A stretch of 64,000 nt of DNA from Spirulina sp. (GTDB taxonomy: Bacteria; Cyanobacteriota; Cyanobacteriia; Phormidesmidales; Phormidesmidaceae). Below, piece after piece: positions 8,951 through 19,733 of this stretch. A program made the translations under genes and the position numbers. The stretch lies in contig JBIPSI010000023.1 of the NCBI GenBank assembly GCA_044070495.1, forward strand, positions 1 to 64,000. The letters are read 5' to 3'. Numbering within the stretch: position 1 is the first letter of the stretch; each line of letters starts with the position of its first letter. The notes under the pieces were generated by a model. It had not been told where the DNA came from and ran no database searches. It saw nothing but the letters and a program-made list of their open reading frames with translations.

Positions 8951-9581
8951 GATATTCTCCAGATAAAATCAGCATACCATGGAGATTTTTGAATAAATAG
9001 AAAAACCTAAAAGCCCTTTGAGTTAAAGATTTAAAGGCCGCTAAAATTCATTTTTTATTCATTTTTTAAAGTCACCCTTGGAGCCCATAAGCCATGTTTA
9101 AGATGGGCCTTAATAAGCCAGAGCAATTACGGATGGAGGGCCGGTTTGTACCGATTGGAGCAGGTCCATCAGGCTGGGGGCCGATTGATGTAGCCACAGC
9201 CAGTGTCATAGGGACATTCCGTTTGCCCTGAGCGAGTCGTTCGCGGCGCATCTCCAAAGGGGAAAGGGCATCACGTTGGTCGTGCTTTCGTTGTCTAGGC
9301 GTTGCCCAGGCTGGCCGCCCAAGCTTGCCCCCGTTGTCTATGAATGGCATTCTTTGCCGACAGTGGGCTGCTCAGGGCTCGGGTTGAACTGAATCGGGAG
9401 ACGATACCCTGGTGATTCTCCCCTGAGTTATCTATGTTTGCTCTGTATCGCAGACAATGACAAAACGTCATAAACTAGGTCACTGCCCACCTAAAATAGG
9501 GAGTTGCAATCATAAGTTGTCACTCGCCATCAGTCAGCCGTCTCCACCGACCCGTAATCACTGAGTTGAGATTTCCCCGCC

Positions 9582-10313
9582 GTGAAGCTATTTTTCTATC
9601 ACATCCCCGAAGAAGTGCCCGATGCCTTAGCGCCCGATTGCGCCATTGCCATTGATGTACTGCGGGCCACCTCGACTATGGCTGCTGCCCTGGAAGCCGG
9701 AGCAGAGGCCATTCAGGTCTTTAGCGACATTGACGAACTGCTAACCGTGAGCGAACAGTGGCCTAACGATAAGCGGCTGCGGGCTGGGGAGCGGGGCGGC
9801 GGCATGGTAGAAGGCTGCGACCTGGGTAATTCGCCGTTAGATCATTCAGCGGAGACCTCCGGGGGCAAACGGTTATTTATGTCTACCACCAACGGCACCC
9901 GCTGTCTGAAGCGCATTGAGCACGCCCCCACGGTAATTACCGCCGCCCTCACCACCCGCAAAGCCGTCGTGGATTTTTTGTTGGAGCGTAACCCGGAAAC
10001 CGTGTGGCTAGTGGGTTCCGGCTGGGAAGGCACCTATTCCCTCGAAGATACCGTGTGTGCCGGGGCCGTCATCCAGGGCATTATGGACGCCACGGGGCAA
10101 AGCTTCAAGGACTTAGCGGGTAACGATGCGGTGATTGGGGCCGTCAGCCTGTATTTGCACTGGCAGGATCAACTGCTGGAGCTCATGCACTACGCTAGCC
10201 ACGGCCAGCGGTTACTGCGCCTCAATAACGAAGCCGACCTAAAATACTGCGCCCAGTTGGATGTTTTGAACGTGGTGCCGATTCAGCAAACGGCGGGGGT
10301 ATTGGTGTGCTAA
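9582..10313 (+). CDS. comB: 2-phosphosulfolactate phosphatase family protein
   Basis: [29 protein letters not shown] motifs. Confidence 0.92.
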   Translation: MKLFFYHIPEEVPDALAPDCAIAIDVLRATSTMAAALEAGAEAIQVFSDIDELLTVSEQWPNDKRLRAGERGGGMVEGCDLGNSPLDHSAETSGGKRLFMSTTNGTRCLKRIEHAPTVITAALTTRKAVVDFLLERNPETVWLVGSGWEGTYSLEDTVCAGAVIQGIMDATGQSFKDLAGNDAVIGAVSLYLHWQDQLLELMHYASHGQRLLRLNNEADLKYCAQLDVLNVVPIQQTAGVLVC

Positions 10314-10473
10314 GGCAGCCCGTAATTCTTCGGAAAACCTTTATCAATGCCTTATCACTTCTTTACGCACTGTCCCCTATTCTTAAATCACGCCACTCGG
10401 CACCTATGTATAACCCCCTAGCCTGAATCCTCTATACTCTGATCTTCCAGCCTTACTATACAGAACCCATTAT

Positions 10474-10517
10474 TGCCCATGGCCCTGCTTCTTCGGAGGT
10501 GGGGCCATGGGCATTTT
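10474..10517 (+). terminator. Intrinsic terminator-like hairpin with C(UUCG)G tetraloop
   Basis: TGCCCATGGCCCTGCTTC-TTCG-GAGGTGGGGCCATGGGCA followed by TTTT. Confidence 0.6.
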
Positions 10518-10610
10518 GGCAGGTGGGTTATGGGCAACCCCAGTATTGTGAACCCAGCGTCCTGGCGGGCGGTTGTGCAAGTACCGTTTTGCAAGTACCC
10601 AAGTCAGCCC

Positions 10611-12203
10611 ATGAAAGCTCTACTGCTTTATCCTGAGTTTCCTCAATCCTTTTGGTCCTACGACCGATTTATGGAAATTGCGGGTCTAAAGGCCGTGATT
10701 CCGCCCCTAGGCATCATCACCGTGGCGGCCCTATTGCCCGTCGATTGGGAGATCCGCTTCTATGATCGCAACGTGGCCCCCGAAACCGCCGCCGATTGGG
10801 CCTGGTGCGATCTGGTGATTGTCTCTGCCATGATGGTGCAAAAGCCCGATTTTCTGGCGCTGATTCAAAAGGCGGCGCGGCTGGGAAAACCCGTGGCAGT
10901 GGGTGGCCCCTATCCGACCTCTGTCCCAGAAGATGCCCTGGAGGCTGGGGCCAACTTTTTAGTCCTCGATGAGGGGGAAATGACCGTGCCCGCCTTTTTG
11001 GAGGCGCTGGATCGCGGCGATAGGTCGGGCATTTTTCGCTCCGCCGAGAAGCCCGATGTCACCCAAAGCCCCATGCCCCGCTTCGATCTGCTCCAGCGGG
11101 ATGCCTACCTGATGATGGCCATTCAGTTCTCGCGGGGCTGCCCCTTTAACTGCGAATTTTGCGACATCATTTCCCTCTATGGCCGCAGGCCCCGCACCAA
11201 AGCCCCCAGCCAAGCCCTAGCCGAGCTTCAGGCTCTCTACGACTTGGGTTGGCGGGGTTCCTTATTTATCGTGGATGACAACTTCATCGGCAACCAGCGC
11301 AATGTCAAAGCCTTCCTGCGGGAACTAATTCCCTGGATGCAGCGGCACCGCTATCCCTTTACCTTTATCACCGAAGCCTCGGTGAACCTGGCGGAGGACG
11401 AGGAACTGCTGGATCTGATGGGACAAGCCGGGTTCTATGGCGTGTTCCTCGGCATTGAAACCCCCGACCAAGACAGTTTGCAGGTGACGCGCAAGGTACA
11501 AAATACCCGCAATCCCCTGGTGGAAGCCTGCGCCAAAATTAACCAGGCCGGACTGTTGATCTACGCCGGGTTCATCCTAGGGTTTGATGGCGAGCGTGAC
11601 GGGGCCGGAGGACGCATCCAGGCGTTTGTGGAGGAAACCAGCATTCCCCAACCGATGCTGGGCATCTTACAGGCTCCGCCCAACACCGCCCTGTGGGAAC
11701 GGCTCAAACGGGAAGGACGCTTGCTGGATGAGATCGGCCATCCCACAGGCGACCAAAACACCCTGATGAACTTTGTTCCCACCCGCCCCATCGCCGCCAT
11801 TGCCCGCGAGTATGTGCAGGGCATTTGGACGCTCTACGACCCTGAGGTCTATCTCCGTCGTTGTTTGCGGCAGTGCCTCGCCCTCAGCAGCCGCCAGCAC
11901 CAGCACCAAACCATGCAGTTTCCCCTCGGCAAGGGGTTGCGCCTAGTGGCCCAAGTGATTTGGCACCAGGGCGTTCGACGGCCCGAAATTCGGGGTCAAT
12001 TCTGGCGGCAACTGGGCATCATCCTGTTCCAGCGCCCGCAAATCCTCAACACCTACCTGGGGCTGTGCGCCGCTGGGGAACACTTTTGGGAATACCGAGA
12101 ACTGGCCCGCCGCCGCATTGGCGAGCAGCTAGGGATGGATCCCTTGGCCCCCGTTGAATCCGCCGCGCCAGAGCGAGTGACGGCAAATGCAGTACACTGC
12201 TGA
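10611..12203 (+). CDS. B12-binding radical SAM protein (DUF4070-type C-terminus)
   Basis: PPLG, VGGP, SRGCPFNCEFC (CxxxCxxC), DDNF; start moved to MKALLLYPEFP. Confidence 0.9.
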   Translation: MKALLLYPEFPQSFWSYDRFMEIAGLKAVIPPLGIITVAALLPVDWEIRFYDRNVAPETAADWAWCDLVIVSAMMVQKPDFLALIQKAARLGKPVAVGGPYPTSVPEDALEAGANFLVLDEGEMTVPAFLEALDRGDRSGIFRSAEKPDVTQSPMPRFDLLQRDAYLMMAIQFSRGCPFNCEFCDIISLYGRRPRTKAPSQALAELQALYDLGWRGSLFIVDDNFIGNQRNVKAFLRELIPWMQRHRYPFTFITEASVNLAEDEELLDLMGQAGFYGVFLGIETPDQDSLQVTRKVQNTRNPLVEACAKINQAGLLIYAGFILGFDGERDGAGGRIQAFVEETSIPQPMLGILQAPPNTALWERLKREGRLLDEIGHPTGDQNTLMNFVPTRPIAAIAREYVQGIWTLYDPEVYLRRCLRQCLALSSRQHQHQTMQFPLGKGLRLVAQVIWHQGVRRPEIRGQFWRQLGIILFQRPQILNTYLGLCAAGEHFWEYRELARRRIGEQLGMDPLAPVESAAPERVTANAVHC

Positions 12204-12226
12204 AGTATTGTGGCCACCGTTAACCC

Positions 12227-12946
12227 ATGAATGCTGGCGAACTGTTAGAGGCTTACCGGGCCGGAGAACGCACCTTTATCGGTCTTAATTTATTGGAGAT
12301 CGACCTCCTCCAGGCCGATCTCAGCGAGGCCGACTTTAGCCATAGCGACCTGCGGCAATCTCGCCTGGGGCGTGCCCACTTTGTTCGCAGCACCTTTGCC
12401 CAGGCCGATCTCAGTGAAGCCTTGCTGTGGGGGGCCGACTTTACCCAAGCCAACCTATCCCAGGCCCAACTGCGCGATGCCGACCTCAGCGGGGCTGTGT
12501 TTACCCAGGCCAACCTACCCGGGGCCAACTTGGTCAAAGCCATCCTCTGCGGCGTGAATTTGCAGGGGGCCAACCTCTCCCATGCCCTGCTTATCGAGGC
12601 CGACCTGCGCCCCAGTTCCGACCAGTCCACCAACCTGAATGGCGTTGATCTATCCCAGGCCAACCTCAGCTACACCCACCTGGGCGGCGCATCCCTGGTG
12701 GGGGCTAACCTCCAAGGGGCCAAGCTTTGCCGCGCCAACCTCAGCTACGGCCTGCGACCCGATTCCCCTAAAACCAACCTCAGTGAAGCCAACCTGCAAG
12801 GGGCCGATCTCAGCTATGCCGACTTCAGCGGGGCGATTCTGCAAGGGGTCGATCTGCGTGGGGCCGACCTGACAGGGGCGATTTTCACCCGCACCGATCT
12901 GTCCGGTGCCCAACTCCCCGACGGCATCGACCTAGCACTGTCCTAG
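12227..12946 (+). CDS. Pentapeptide repeat protein
   Basis: A(D/N)LxX repeats throughout; N-terminal ELLEAYRAGER. Confidence 0.95.
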   Translation: MNAGELLEAYRAGERTFIGLNLLEIDLLQADLSEADFSHSDLRQSRLGRAHFVRSTFAQADLSEALLWGADFTQANLSQAQLRDADLSGAVFTQANLPGANLVKAILCGVNLQGANLSHALLIEADLRPSSDQSTNLNGVDLSQANLSYTHLGGASLVGANLQGAKLCRANLSYGLRPDSPKTNLSEANLQGADLSYADFSGAILQGVDLRGADLTGAIFTRTDLSGAQLPDGIDLALS

Positions 12947-12962
12947 GGGCCGCAAGCTACGC

Positions 12963-14474
12963 CTAGGAAGCCTGCTGCTGGTGGTGCCAATGCTGGGCCT
13001 GGGTTTGGATAGCGTTGAGTTCCTCCTCGCTCATTTTGTCGAGGTTTTTGAGGATAAAGCTCATGCGGCCCTGGGCTTGTAGGGTGTCGCGGTGGCGGTG
13101 CAGAAAGTCCCAATAGAAAAAATTAAAGGGACAGGCCGTTTCCCCGGTGCGTTCCTTGGGGTTGTAGCGACAGCCTTTGCAATAGTCGCCCATGCGGTTC
13201 ACGTAATTTGCCGAAGCCGCATAGGGTTTGGAGGCCAATCGCCCACCATCGGCAAACAGGCCCATACCCAGCACGTTCGTCTGCATCACCCAGTCGTAGG
13301 CATCAATAAACGCCGCGTGAAACCAACTTTCCACCGCCTGGGGGTTGAGTCCGGCAATCAGGGCAAAGTTGCTGAGGATCATCAGCCGCTGGATGTGGTG
13401 GGCGTATCCGGTGCGCTGGGTTTGGTCGATCACTTGGTGCAGGCAGTTCATGGGGGTGTCGCCTGTCCAAAAGAAATCGGGCAGAGGATGATGGTGGCCA
13501 AACCCGTTGCTCTGGGCGTAGTCGGCCCCAAAGTAGTGGTAGAGGCCGCGCATATATTCCCGCCAGCCCAACACTTGGCGAATGAACCCCTCCACGCTGT
13601 TCAACGGCAGGGCGCGTTCCCGATAGGCTTCCTCTACCCGCTGAATCACCTCCATCGGCTGTAACAGACCCAGATTTAGGTAGGGCGACAGCAGGGCGTG
13701 CCACATCGTATCTTCCCCCGTCACCATGGCGTCTTGGTAGGGGCCAAAGGTTGCTAGGCGTTCGGTAATAAAGGTTTCCAGCACCTGAAGCGCCTGGTCA
13801 CGGGTAACGCCCCAGCGAAAGGGAGTCGCTTGGCCAAAGGTAGGGAGGTCTAGGGTTTCGACTTTTTCGATGGCGGCCTGGGTGATGGCATCGGGTTCAA
13901 ACCATTGGGGATCGGGCGGATTCAGCTTGCCCTTGGGCGGTTTGCGGTTGTCCTTATCAAAATTCCACTGGCCCCCTTCCGGCTGATCCCCGGTCATCAG
14001 CACCCCAAATCGCCGCCGTCCTTCTCGGTAGAAGCTCTCCAGCAACAGCCCCTTACGGGCACTGGCCCAGGTTTGAAAATCCGCCGCACTCCACAGAAAA
14101 TGGTTGTTGTCCAAAATCGTGAGGTCACAGGGCAAGTCCAGCCCTTGCAGCCACGCCAAAAAGGGATGATCCACTGGATCCATCACCCGCAGTTCGTGGA
14201 TCTGGTGCTGCCGAATCCAGTCCCGCAGGGCCACTTCGGTATTCTGGGTGATGGCGTAGGTGACGGGCCAGCCCTCGGTTTCGAGGGTTTCGGCAAAGTG
14301 CCGCATGGCCGACCATACCAGGACAAGTTTTTGCCGATGGTAGGGGCGATCCTGGAGGAACTGTTCTGATTCAATCAGTAATACCGGAGACTTTTGCGCC
14401 TCGGCGGCCACGCTGGCCAATGCCGCCTGCTCCGCCCACAGTTGATTGCCCAATACCCAAACTCCAACCGCCAT
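12963..14474 (-). CDS. Cryptochrome/photolyase family protein, FeS-BCP (PhrB-like) clade
   Basis: HRQKLVL, GGQWNFDKDNR, FGPYQDAM, GWREY, YAHHIQRLM, C-terminal Cys cluster. Confidence 0.9.
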   Translation of the reverse strand: MAVGVWVLGNQLWAEQAALASVAAEAQKSPVLLIESEQFLQDRPYHRQKLVLVWSAMRHFAETLETEGWPVTYAITQNTEVALRDWIRQHQIHELRVMDPVDHPFLAWLQGLDLPCDLTILDNNHFLWSAADFQTWASARKGLLLESFYREGRRRFGVLMTGDQPEGGQWNFDKDNRKPPKGKLNPPDPQWFEPDAITQAAIEKVETLDLPTFGQATPFRWGVTRDQALQVLETFITERLATFGPYQDAMVTGEDTMWHALLSPYLNLGLLQPMEVIQRVEEAYRERALPLNSVEGFIRQVLGWREYMRGLYHYFGADYAQSNGFGHHHPLPDFFWTGDTPMNCLHQVIDQTQRTGYAHHIQRLMILSNFALIAGLNPQAVESWFHAAFIDAYDWVMQTNVLGMGLFADGGRLASKPYAASANYVNRMGDYCKGCRYNPKERTGETACPFNFFYWDFLHRHRDTLQAQGRMSFILKNLDKMSEEELNAIQTQAQHWHHQQQAS

Positions 14475-14595
14475 TGCGCCTCCCTAGTGCATCGCCCACG
14501 CTTTATTGTTACGCAATGTTAAGGCAATGGGATTACCGTCCTGGAAACACCAACCCTAGAAGGTCTCACCCTAAGGTCTCACCCTGTTTACAACC

Positions 14596-15105
14596 ATGAT
14601 CGATTCCTACCGTCCTAGCCCGTTTCGTCAGTACCGCATTCGCCCTTGGCAACCCGAAGATCGTCAGGCGGCGGGGGCGGTGATTGCCGCTGTGCTGGCG
14701 GAGTATGGGTTGGGTTGGGATCCCCAGGGCAGCGACCGGGATGCCCTAGAGGTAGAAACCCACTACTGGCAAACGGACGGCGAATTTTGGGTGATTGAAG
14801 ACGACGATACCCTGGTGGGCACAGCGGGCTACTATCCCATCCAGCGGGGAGATCAGGCCGTGGAAATTCGCAAAATGTACCTCCAGTCCACCGCCAGGGG
14901 CCAGGGTTTAGGTCGCCATTTGCTGAACCAGCTAGAGGAAGCCATCCAACGGCGCGGCTTTGAGCAGATTTGGGTGGAAACCGCCTCGGTGCTCAAGGAA
15001 GCGGTGCAGCTTTACGAAACCAGCGGCTATCTGCCCGTTGAGGAGGTGGAAACCGCCCGCTGTGATCGGGCTTACTATAAGCGCTTGTCTTCTCCCAGCC
15101 CTTAG
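14596..15105 (+). CDS. GNAT family N-acetyltransferase
   Basis: EIRKMY..RGQGLG acetyl-CoA motif, A..LYE..G. Confidence 0.9.
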   Translation: MIDSYRPSPFRQYRIRPWQPEDRQAAGAVIAAVLAEYGLGWDPQGSDRDALEVETHYWQTDGEFWVIEDDDTLVGTAGYYPIQRGDQAVEIRKMYLQSTARGQGLGRHLLNQLEEAIQRRGFEQIWVETASVLKEAVQLYETSGYLPVEEVETARCDRAYYKRLSSPSP

Positions 15106-15325
15106 ACTGAGGCTGTTCCGGGAATCCATCGTCCAGCGGGGCTGTTCTCCAAGGTTCTACCGTTGTGTTCAGGACGACTGTATTGGGACGATTGTATCCA
15201 GGACTACTTCCATTCGTGCCCTGTTCTAACGGACGTTAGCCCCTAGGACAGAGGCCCATGTGTCTCCCCTGCATGAACCCATCCAGATCGCTATATAATC
15301 GCTGCATCGACATTGAGATGGTGCG

Positions 15326-15892
15326 TTGATTGCCATTTATCCGGGCAGTTTTGATCCCATTACCCTAGGACACCTAGACATTATTTCCCGTGGCAGCCGT
15401 CTGTTTGAGCGGGTGATTGTCTTGATTTCCCACAATCCTAATAAGGTGCCGATGTTCTCCGTGGCCAAGCGGATTGACCAAATTCAAACCTCGGTGAGCC
15501 ACTTGGGTAATGTAGATGTCGATTACTACGATGGCCTAACCATCACCTACGCTCACCACCATCAAGCCCAGGTGTTGCTGCGAGGGTTGCGGGTGCTGTC
15601 TGATTTCGAGAAAGAACTGCAAATGGCCCATACTAATAAAACCCTGGCCGAGGATCTGGAAACCCTGTTTCTGGCCACCTCCACGGAGTATGGATTTCTC
15701 AGCAGTAGCCTGGTCAAAGAAATTGCCCAGTTTGGTGGCCCCATTGATCACCTTGTTCCTGACCATGTAGCGCGAGACGTTTACCAATGTTACGTCCAGA
15801 CCCCACCTCCCTCAGCCAGCCCCAAAACGGATTTGCCGACGCCGCCCGCCAGGATACCGATCCGCGATCCGTCCCCAGCATCGGAGATGTAG
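15326..15892 (+). CDS. coaD: Pantetheine-phosphate adenylyltransferase
   Basis: [33 protein letters not shown] start. Confidence 0.95.
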   Translation: MIAIYPGSFDPITLGHLDIISRGSRLFERVIVLISHNPNKVPMFSVAKRIDQIQTSVSHLGNVDVDYYDGLTITYAHHHQAQVLLRGLRVLSDFEKELQMAHTNKTLAEDLETLFLATSTEYGFLSSSLVKEIAQFGGPIDHLVPDHVARDVYQCYVQTPPPSASPKTDLPTPPARIPIRDPSPASEM

Positions 15893-16530
15893 ATATTCAG
15901 CAGGATTTAAACAAGCTGGAGGAGATGATTCTGGGGAGTCCTAGGGTTCCCTTCAGCGGTCGGACGCTGGTGGATGAGGATCAACTGCTCGATCAACTGG
16001 ATGCCATCCGCCTTAATTTGCCCCCGGCCTTTCGTCAGGCGGTGCAGGTGCTGCAACAGCGAGACACCATCCTGGCGGAAGCCAATCAGTACGCCCAGGA
16101 TCTAATCCACGCCGCCGAGCAGCAGGCCACCCAGATCCTCGATGAAATGGGTCTTGTGCAGCAGGCCGAGCAAATTGCTCGCCAAGTGCAGGCCCAGGCC
16201 CAGGCCGAATGCGATCAGTTGCGATCCCGCATCTTGGCCGAAGTGGAACAGCTCAAGCAAGCCTCCCAGCGAGAATGGGAGACCCAACGCCAAAGCGCCA
16301 TCGAAGAACAGGCCATGATTCAGCAGGAGGCCGATGCCTACGCCGACCGCGTGCTGTTCCAGGTCGAGCAACAGCTTTCCCAAATGCTGCGGATTATCCA
16401 AAATGGCCGCAGCCAGCTTCAGCCCACCCCAGAGCCTCCGGCCCCCGTGCCTAAACGGCCCAAAGCCACTAAACCCGGCCTGCCCCCAGAGCATCGCCCC
16501 CGCCCCAAAGGGCCTGATAGCGCCCCATGA
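15787..16530 (+). CDS. cdv3: DivIVA-like coiled-coil cell division protein Cdv3
   Basis: LEEMI..SPRVP..GRTLVDE..LLDQLD..R..LP motif, [10 protein letters not shown]; conserved position after coaD. Confidence 0.75.
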   Translation: MLRPDPTSLSQPQNGFADAARQDTDPRSVPSIGDVDIQQDLNKLEEMILGSPRVPFSGRTLVDEDQLLDQLDAIRLNLPPAFRQAVQVLQQRDTILAEANQYAQDLIHAAEQQATQILDEMGLVQQAEQIARQVQAQAQAECDQLRSRILAEVEQLKQASQREWETQRQSAIEEQAMIQQEADAYADRVLFQVEQQLSQMLRIIQNGRSQLQPTPEPPAPVPKRPKATKPGLPPEHRPRPKGPDSAP

Positions 16531-17153
16531 TCAGCTATCTAAAGGGAACCTTGGCCGAGGTGCAAAAGCCCGGTAACCACAAAATTATCGTCACCCTAGA
16601 GGTGAACCACATTGGCTACGAGCTACAGGTACCCGCCCGCCAACTCGCCAACCTGCCACCCCAGGGGGAAACGGTGCAGTTGTTCAGCCATCTGCAAGTG
16701 CGCGATGACCAGATGGTGCTGTTCGGCTTTGGCCAGCGCCGGGAACGGGATCTCTTTTTGCTGCTAACCGGAGTAAGCGGCATTGGCCCCCAAATGGCCC
16801 TCGCCCTGCTAGACACCCTAGGGGATCGCGACCTGGTGCAGGCCATTGTGACGGGCAACACCCGATTGATTTCCAAGGCCCCAGGGGTGGGCAGCAAAAC
16901 CGCCGAACGGGTCGTCCTCGAACTCAAAACCAAACTCCAAGACTGGCAGGCCCAGGCGGGGATAGTCTCCGTGCCCACGGGTGGCCCCATCGCCTCCATC
17001 CACGAAGAGGTAGAAATCACCCTCAGCGCCCTCGGCTATACCCAGGCCGAAATTCTCAAAGCCCTCCAGGCCGTCGCCCAGCACAGCACAGCCTCCAAAA
17101 GTGACGATCCCGAAACCTGGGTGCGGGAAGCCATTGCCTGGCTCAGTCGCTGA
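16527..17153 (+). CDS. ruvA: Holliday junction branch migration protein RuvA
   Basis: MISYLKG, LFGF, VSGIGP, PGVGSKTAERVVLELK. Confidence 0.97.
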   Translation: MISYLKGTLAEVQKPGNHKIIVTLEVNHIGYELQVPARQLANLPPQGETVQLFSHLQVRDDQMVLFGFGQRRERDLFLLLTGVSGIGPQMALALLDTLGDRDLVQAIVTGNTRLISKAPGVGSKTAERVVLELKTKLQDWQAQAGIVSVPTGGPIASIHEEVEITLSALGYTQAEILKALQAVAQHSTASKSDDPETWVREAIAWLSR

Positions 17154-17300
17154 ATCAAACCCTAGGGGAACTGAGCGACTGAGTTCCATGGGAGAAGTGA
17201 CGCGCGGTAATGAGTTGATCATGAATGGGTCGTCCCCCTAACCACTGTGCTATAGTGAAAAATCCTGGCACAAATTCATTCTTAGAGAACGAAGCATCCC

Positions 17301-17570
17301 ATGACTCTGTTGCAAGCGCGCAAGCAGGAACTTATTTCTGACTACCAAGTTCACGAAACCGACACCGGATCTGCCGATCTTCAGATCGCCATGCTGACCG
17401 AGCGCATCAATCGCCTCAGCCTGCACCTCCAAAAAAATAAGAAAGACTACTCCTCCCGCCGTGGCCTGCTGAAAATGATCGGCCACCGCAAGCGTCTGAT
17501 GGCCTACCTGCAAAAGCAAGACAGCGACCGTTATCGCGCCCTGATTCAAAAGCTCGGCATTCGTGGCTAG
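17301..17570 (+). CDS. rpsO: 30S ribosomal protein S15
   Basis: [24 protein letters not shown]. Confidence 0.98.
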   Translation: MTLLQARKQELISDYQVHETDTGSADLQIAMLTERINRLSLHLQKNKKDYSSRRGLLKMIGHRKRLMAYLQKQDSDRYRALIQKLGIRG

Positions 17571-17800
17571 GCTCAAGCCCTGCTTTGATTCGCTGCGCTA
17601 GGATACAGACTAGGATGAAAACTAGGACACAGGAATTGCTCCTCTGTCCTAGTTTTTCGCGTTAACCCTAAATCTGTGTCGCCACAGACCCCTAGGATCT
17701 GTGGCGCGGCGAGCATTTCCCTCTGAGCTTGAATTCGGTAGGCTAGAAGAGCAGTGGATGGGTAGACCATCCCCAAAACTACGTTAGGTTTCAGTTCGCT

Positions 17801-18355
17801 ATGGCTCCAGATTCATCCCGCAAACGTCTTCCCTTTGAACCTGGCAAAAAGAGCAAGGGAGCCAATGGAGACTCGGATACTGCCCCCGCTAAGGGCAAAA
17901 AGAATCCTCCAAAAGCTAGCTCAACCCCAGAGACGGCAGACGCCATTTCCCCTGCTGCTGCGGCCAAGGCCAAGGCTATTAGCGAAAAAGCCAAGGCTAG
18001 GGCCGAAAAGCGCGAAAAGGCCCAGCAGCGAGCCGCCGCCACTGCCATTCCAGAGGTGGTTAGCCAGCGGATGCTGCGTCGGATGCTGGTGTTTTCGGGG
18101 ACTCCCACATTTTTGGGCATTGTCGCCTTTTTTGTTAGCTACTTTCTAATTGTGAAAGGCAACGTGGAACTGCCTCCCTATGCCGTGCTGCTGACGACCC
18201 TAGGCTGCTTTGGACTGGGGGTGGTAGGGCTAACCTACGGCGTTCTCTCCGCCTCCTGGGATGAAGATCGCCCTGGCGACTGGCTTGGTTTGGAGGAATT
18301 TAAGGTGAACTTTAGCCGCATGACCAGCGCCTGGGGCCAGCGTTCTAAGGGCTAG
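17801..18355 (+). CDS. pam68: PAM68 family PSII assembly factor
   Basis: RLPFEP, IPEVVSQRM, two TM helices, YGVLSASWD; follows rpsO. Confidence 0.9.
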   Translation: MAPDSSRKRLPFEPGKKSKGANGDSDTAPAKGKKNPPKASSTPETADAISPAAAAKAKAISEKAKARAEKREKAQQRAAATAIPEVVSQRMLRRMLVFSGTPTFLGIVAFFVSYFLIVKGNVELPPYAVLLTTLGCFGLGVVGLTYGVLSASWDEDRPGDWLGLEEFKVNFSRMTSAWGQRSKG

Positions 18356-18410
18356 GGGTTTTCTGATTCGGATTTCGCGCAAGGCAGATCCCATCTAAGG
18401 CAAATCCCAT

Positions 18411-19568
18411 CTAAGGCGGGTCAGAATATTCCTGATTTTGAAGGAGTTGGTTGATTTGGGTTTCCATCGCCTTCAACATACTGCTGACGGCTAGCAGGGT
18501 AGCGGTGGGGGGGCTGCCGATTTGTAGATTCTCGCGTGCCTGATCGCGAATGGCATGGATGCGCTGCTGAAGGTTTTGGGCAATGCCAAGGGCATCTCGT
18601 CCCAGTTGTTCGATTTGCTGCTGCTGGTAGAACTTGAGGGCAGCTCCCCGTAACACCTGTAGCGTGGCTTCTTCTCCGTGGGTGCCCGCGATGATCCGCA
18701 GGCGCAGCAGCACTCGTTCCTGACGATACAGCCGCTCAATTTCCACCTGTCTTGTCTTTGTCACAGACAACAGCGGTAAGTGGGTGAGCCGCTTGAGTTC
18801 ATTGATCACCCCCTGGAAAAGGTCGAGACTGAGATCCTCGATCACCGACTGTAAGACGCCGTCTTGGCTGCGGAGAACTCTGCCGCTGTCGGCCTGTCGC
18901 TCAAAATACAAACGACCGATGCCCTCACTGAGAACCTGCTGCACTAAAGCCTGCATCAGGGCCTTCGGAGGAAGGCTGGCGAGGTGAGTTTCCCCCGCTG
19001 CGGATATATCTGGCCCATCCATTTCAAGCTGGAGGGGCGGCGATGGGGCAGCGGACGGCGGTGGAGGCGCGGTGGGGGCGGGAGGGGCCGCTGGACTGGG
19101 GATCGCCGTTGTCCCTGTAATTTCCGTAGGGCTATCAACAACAAAGGTAGCCTGATCATCCCTGGGTGAGGCAGGAGAGGTCGTTGGCCAAGCGGGGGTT
19201 TGGCCTGGCCCCAAAGGGCTTTTGCGTTGCTTAGCCTTAGCCGCATAGCTGAGATACTTGGACAGCACTTGCCGATGCCAGTCAGAATCTACCGGCCAAG
19301 ACACCACAGAGTATTTAATGTAGGACACCTGCCGCCGGACGTACTCTAGGGCGGCGGTATCGGTTGGATCCACCATGCCTAGATTGAGATGACCTGCCTC
19401 AATGGACAGAGGAATAACCTGGTAGAACAGGCAGGCTTCAAAGGGCAGGATGCTGTCAATTAAGGACAACATCTGATCCACATTCAGGCGATGGTTAGCG
19501 GCCTCATCGCCGCTTTGATTGGGGAAGCGTGTGTCCTCGGTCGGCCCTAGGGCGTCGAGTTCCGGCAT
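18411..19568 (-). CDS. GspE/PilB N-terminal-domain-like protein lacking an ATPase domain
   Basis: LPFEAC..YQVIPL..LNLGMVDP, Pro-rich linker, GIGRLYFE; no Walker A. Confidence 0.6.
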   Translation of the reverse strand: MPELDALGPTEDTRFPNQSGDEAANHRLNVDQMLSLIDSILPFEACLFYQVIPLSIEAGHLNLGMVDPTDTAALEYVRRQVSYIKYSVVSWPVDSDWHRQVLSKYLSYAAKAKQRKSPLGPGQTPAWPTTSPASPRDDQATFVVDSPTEITGTTAIPSPAAPPAPTAPPPPSAAPSPPLQLEMDGPDISAAGETHLASLPPKALMQALVQQVLSEGIGRLYFERQADSGRVLRSQDGVLQSVIEDLSLDLFQGVINELKRLTHLPLLSVTKTRQVEIERLYRQERVLLRLRIIAGTHGEEATLQVLRGAALKFYQQQQIEQLGRDALGIAQNLQQRIHAIRDQARENLQIGSPPTATLLAVSSMLKAMETQINQLLQNQEYSDPP

Positions 19569-19733
19569 GGCTCTGTGGCAAGGAAAGCTACCTTATATCC
19601 TAGGGGGCTGACCAGAAACTGACACGGATTTCGTGCGAAATGTTACTTCTTCTGCTGGTTACGACCATCTGCAAAACGCTACGATAGCCCAGACATCCCT
19701 TAAACCCTAGGCCCGTAACCCCTAAGCAAAGGG

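Noticed and set aside
8951..9581. yybP-ykoY Mn riboswitch, or the 92-aa ORF, upstream of the UPF0016 gene
   Set aside because: No recognisable riboswitch consensus, and the ORF has no recognisable motif.
14560..14585. 13-bp tandem duplication AAGGTCTCACCCT upstream of the GNAT gene
   Set aside because: Only two copies; indistinguishable from a slippage duplication.
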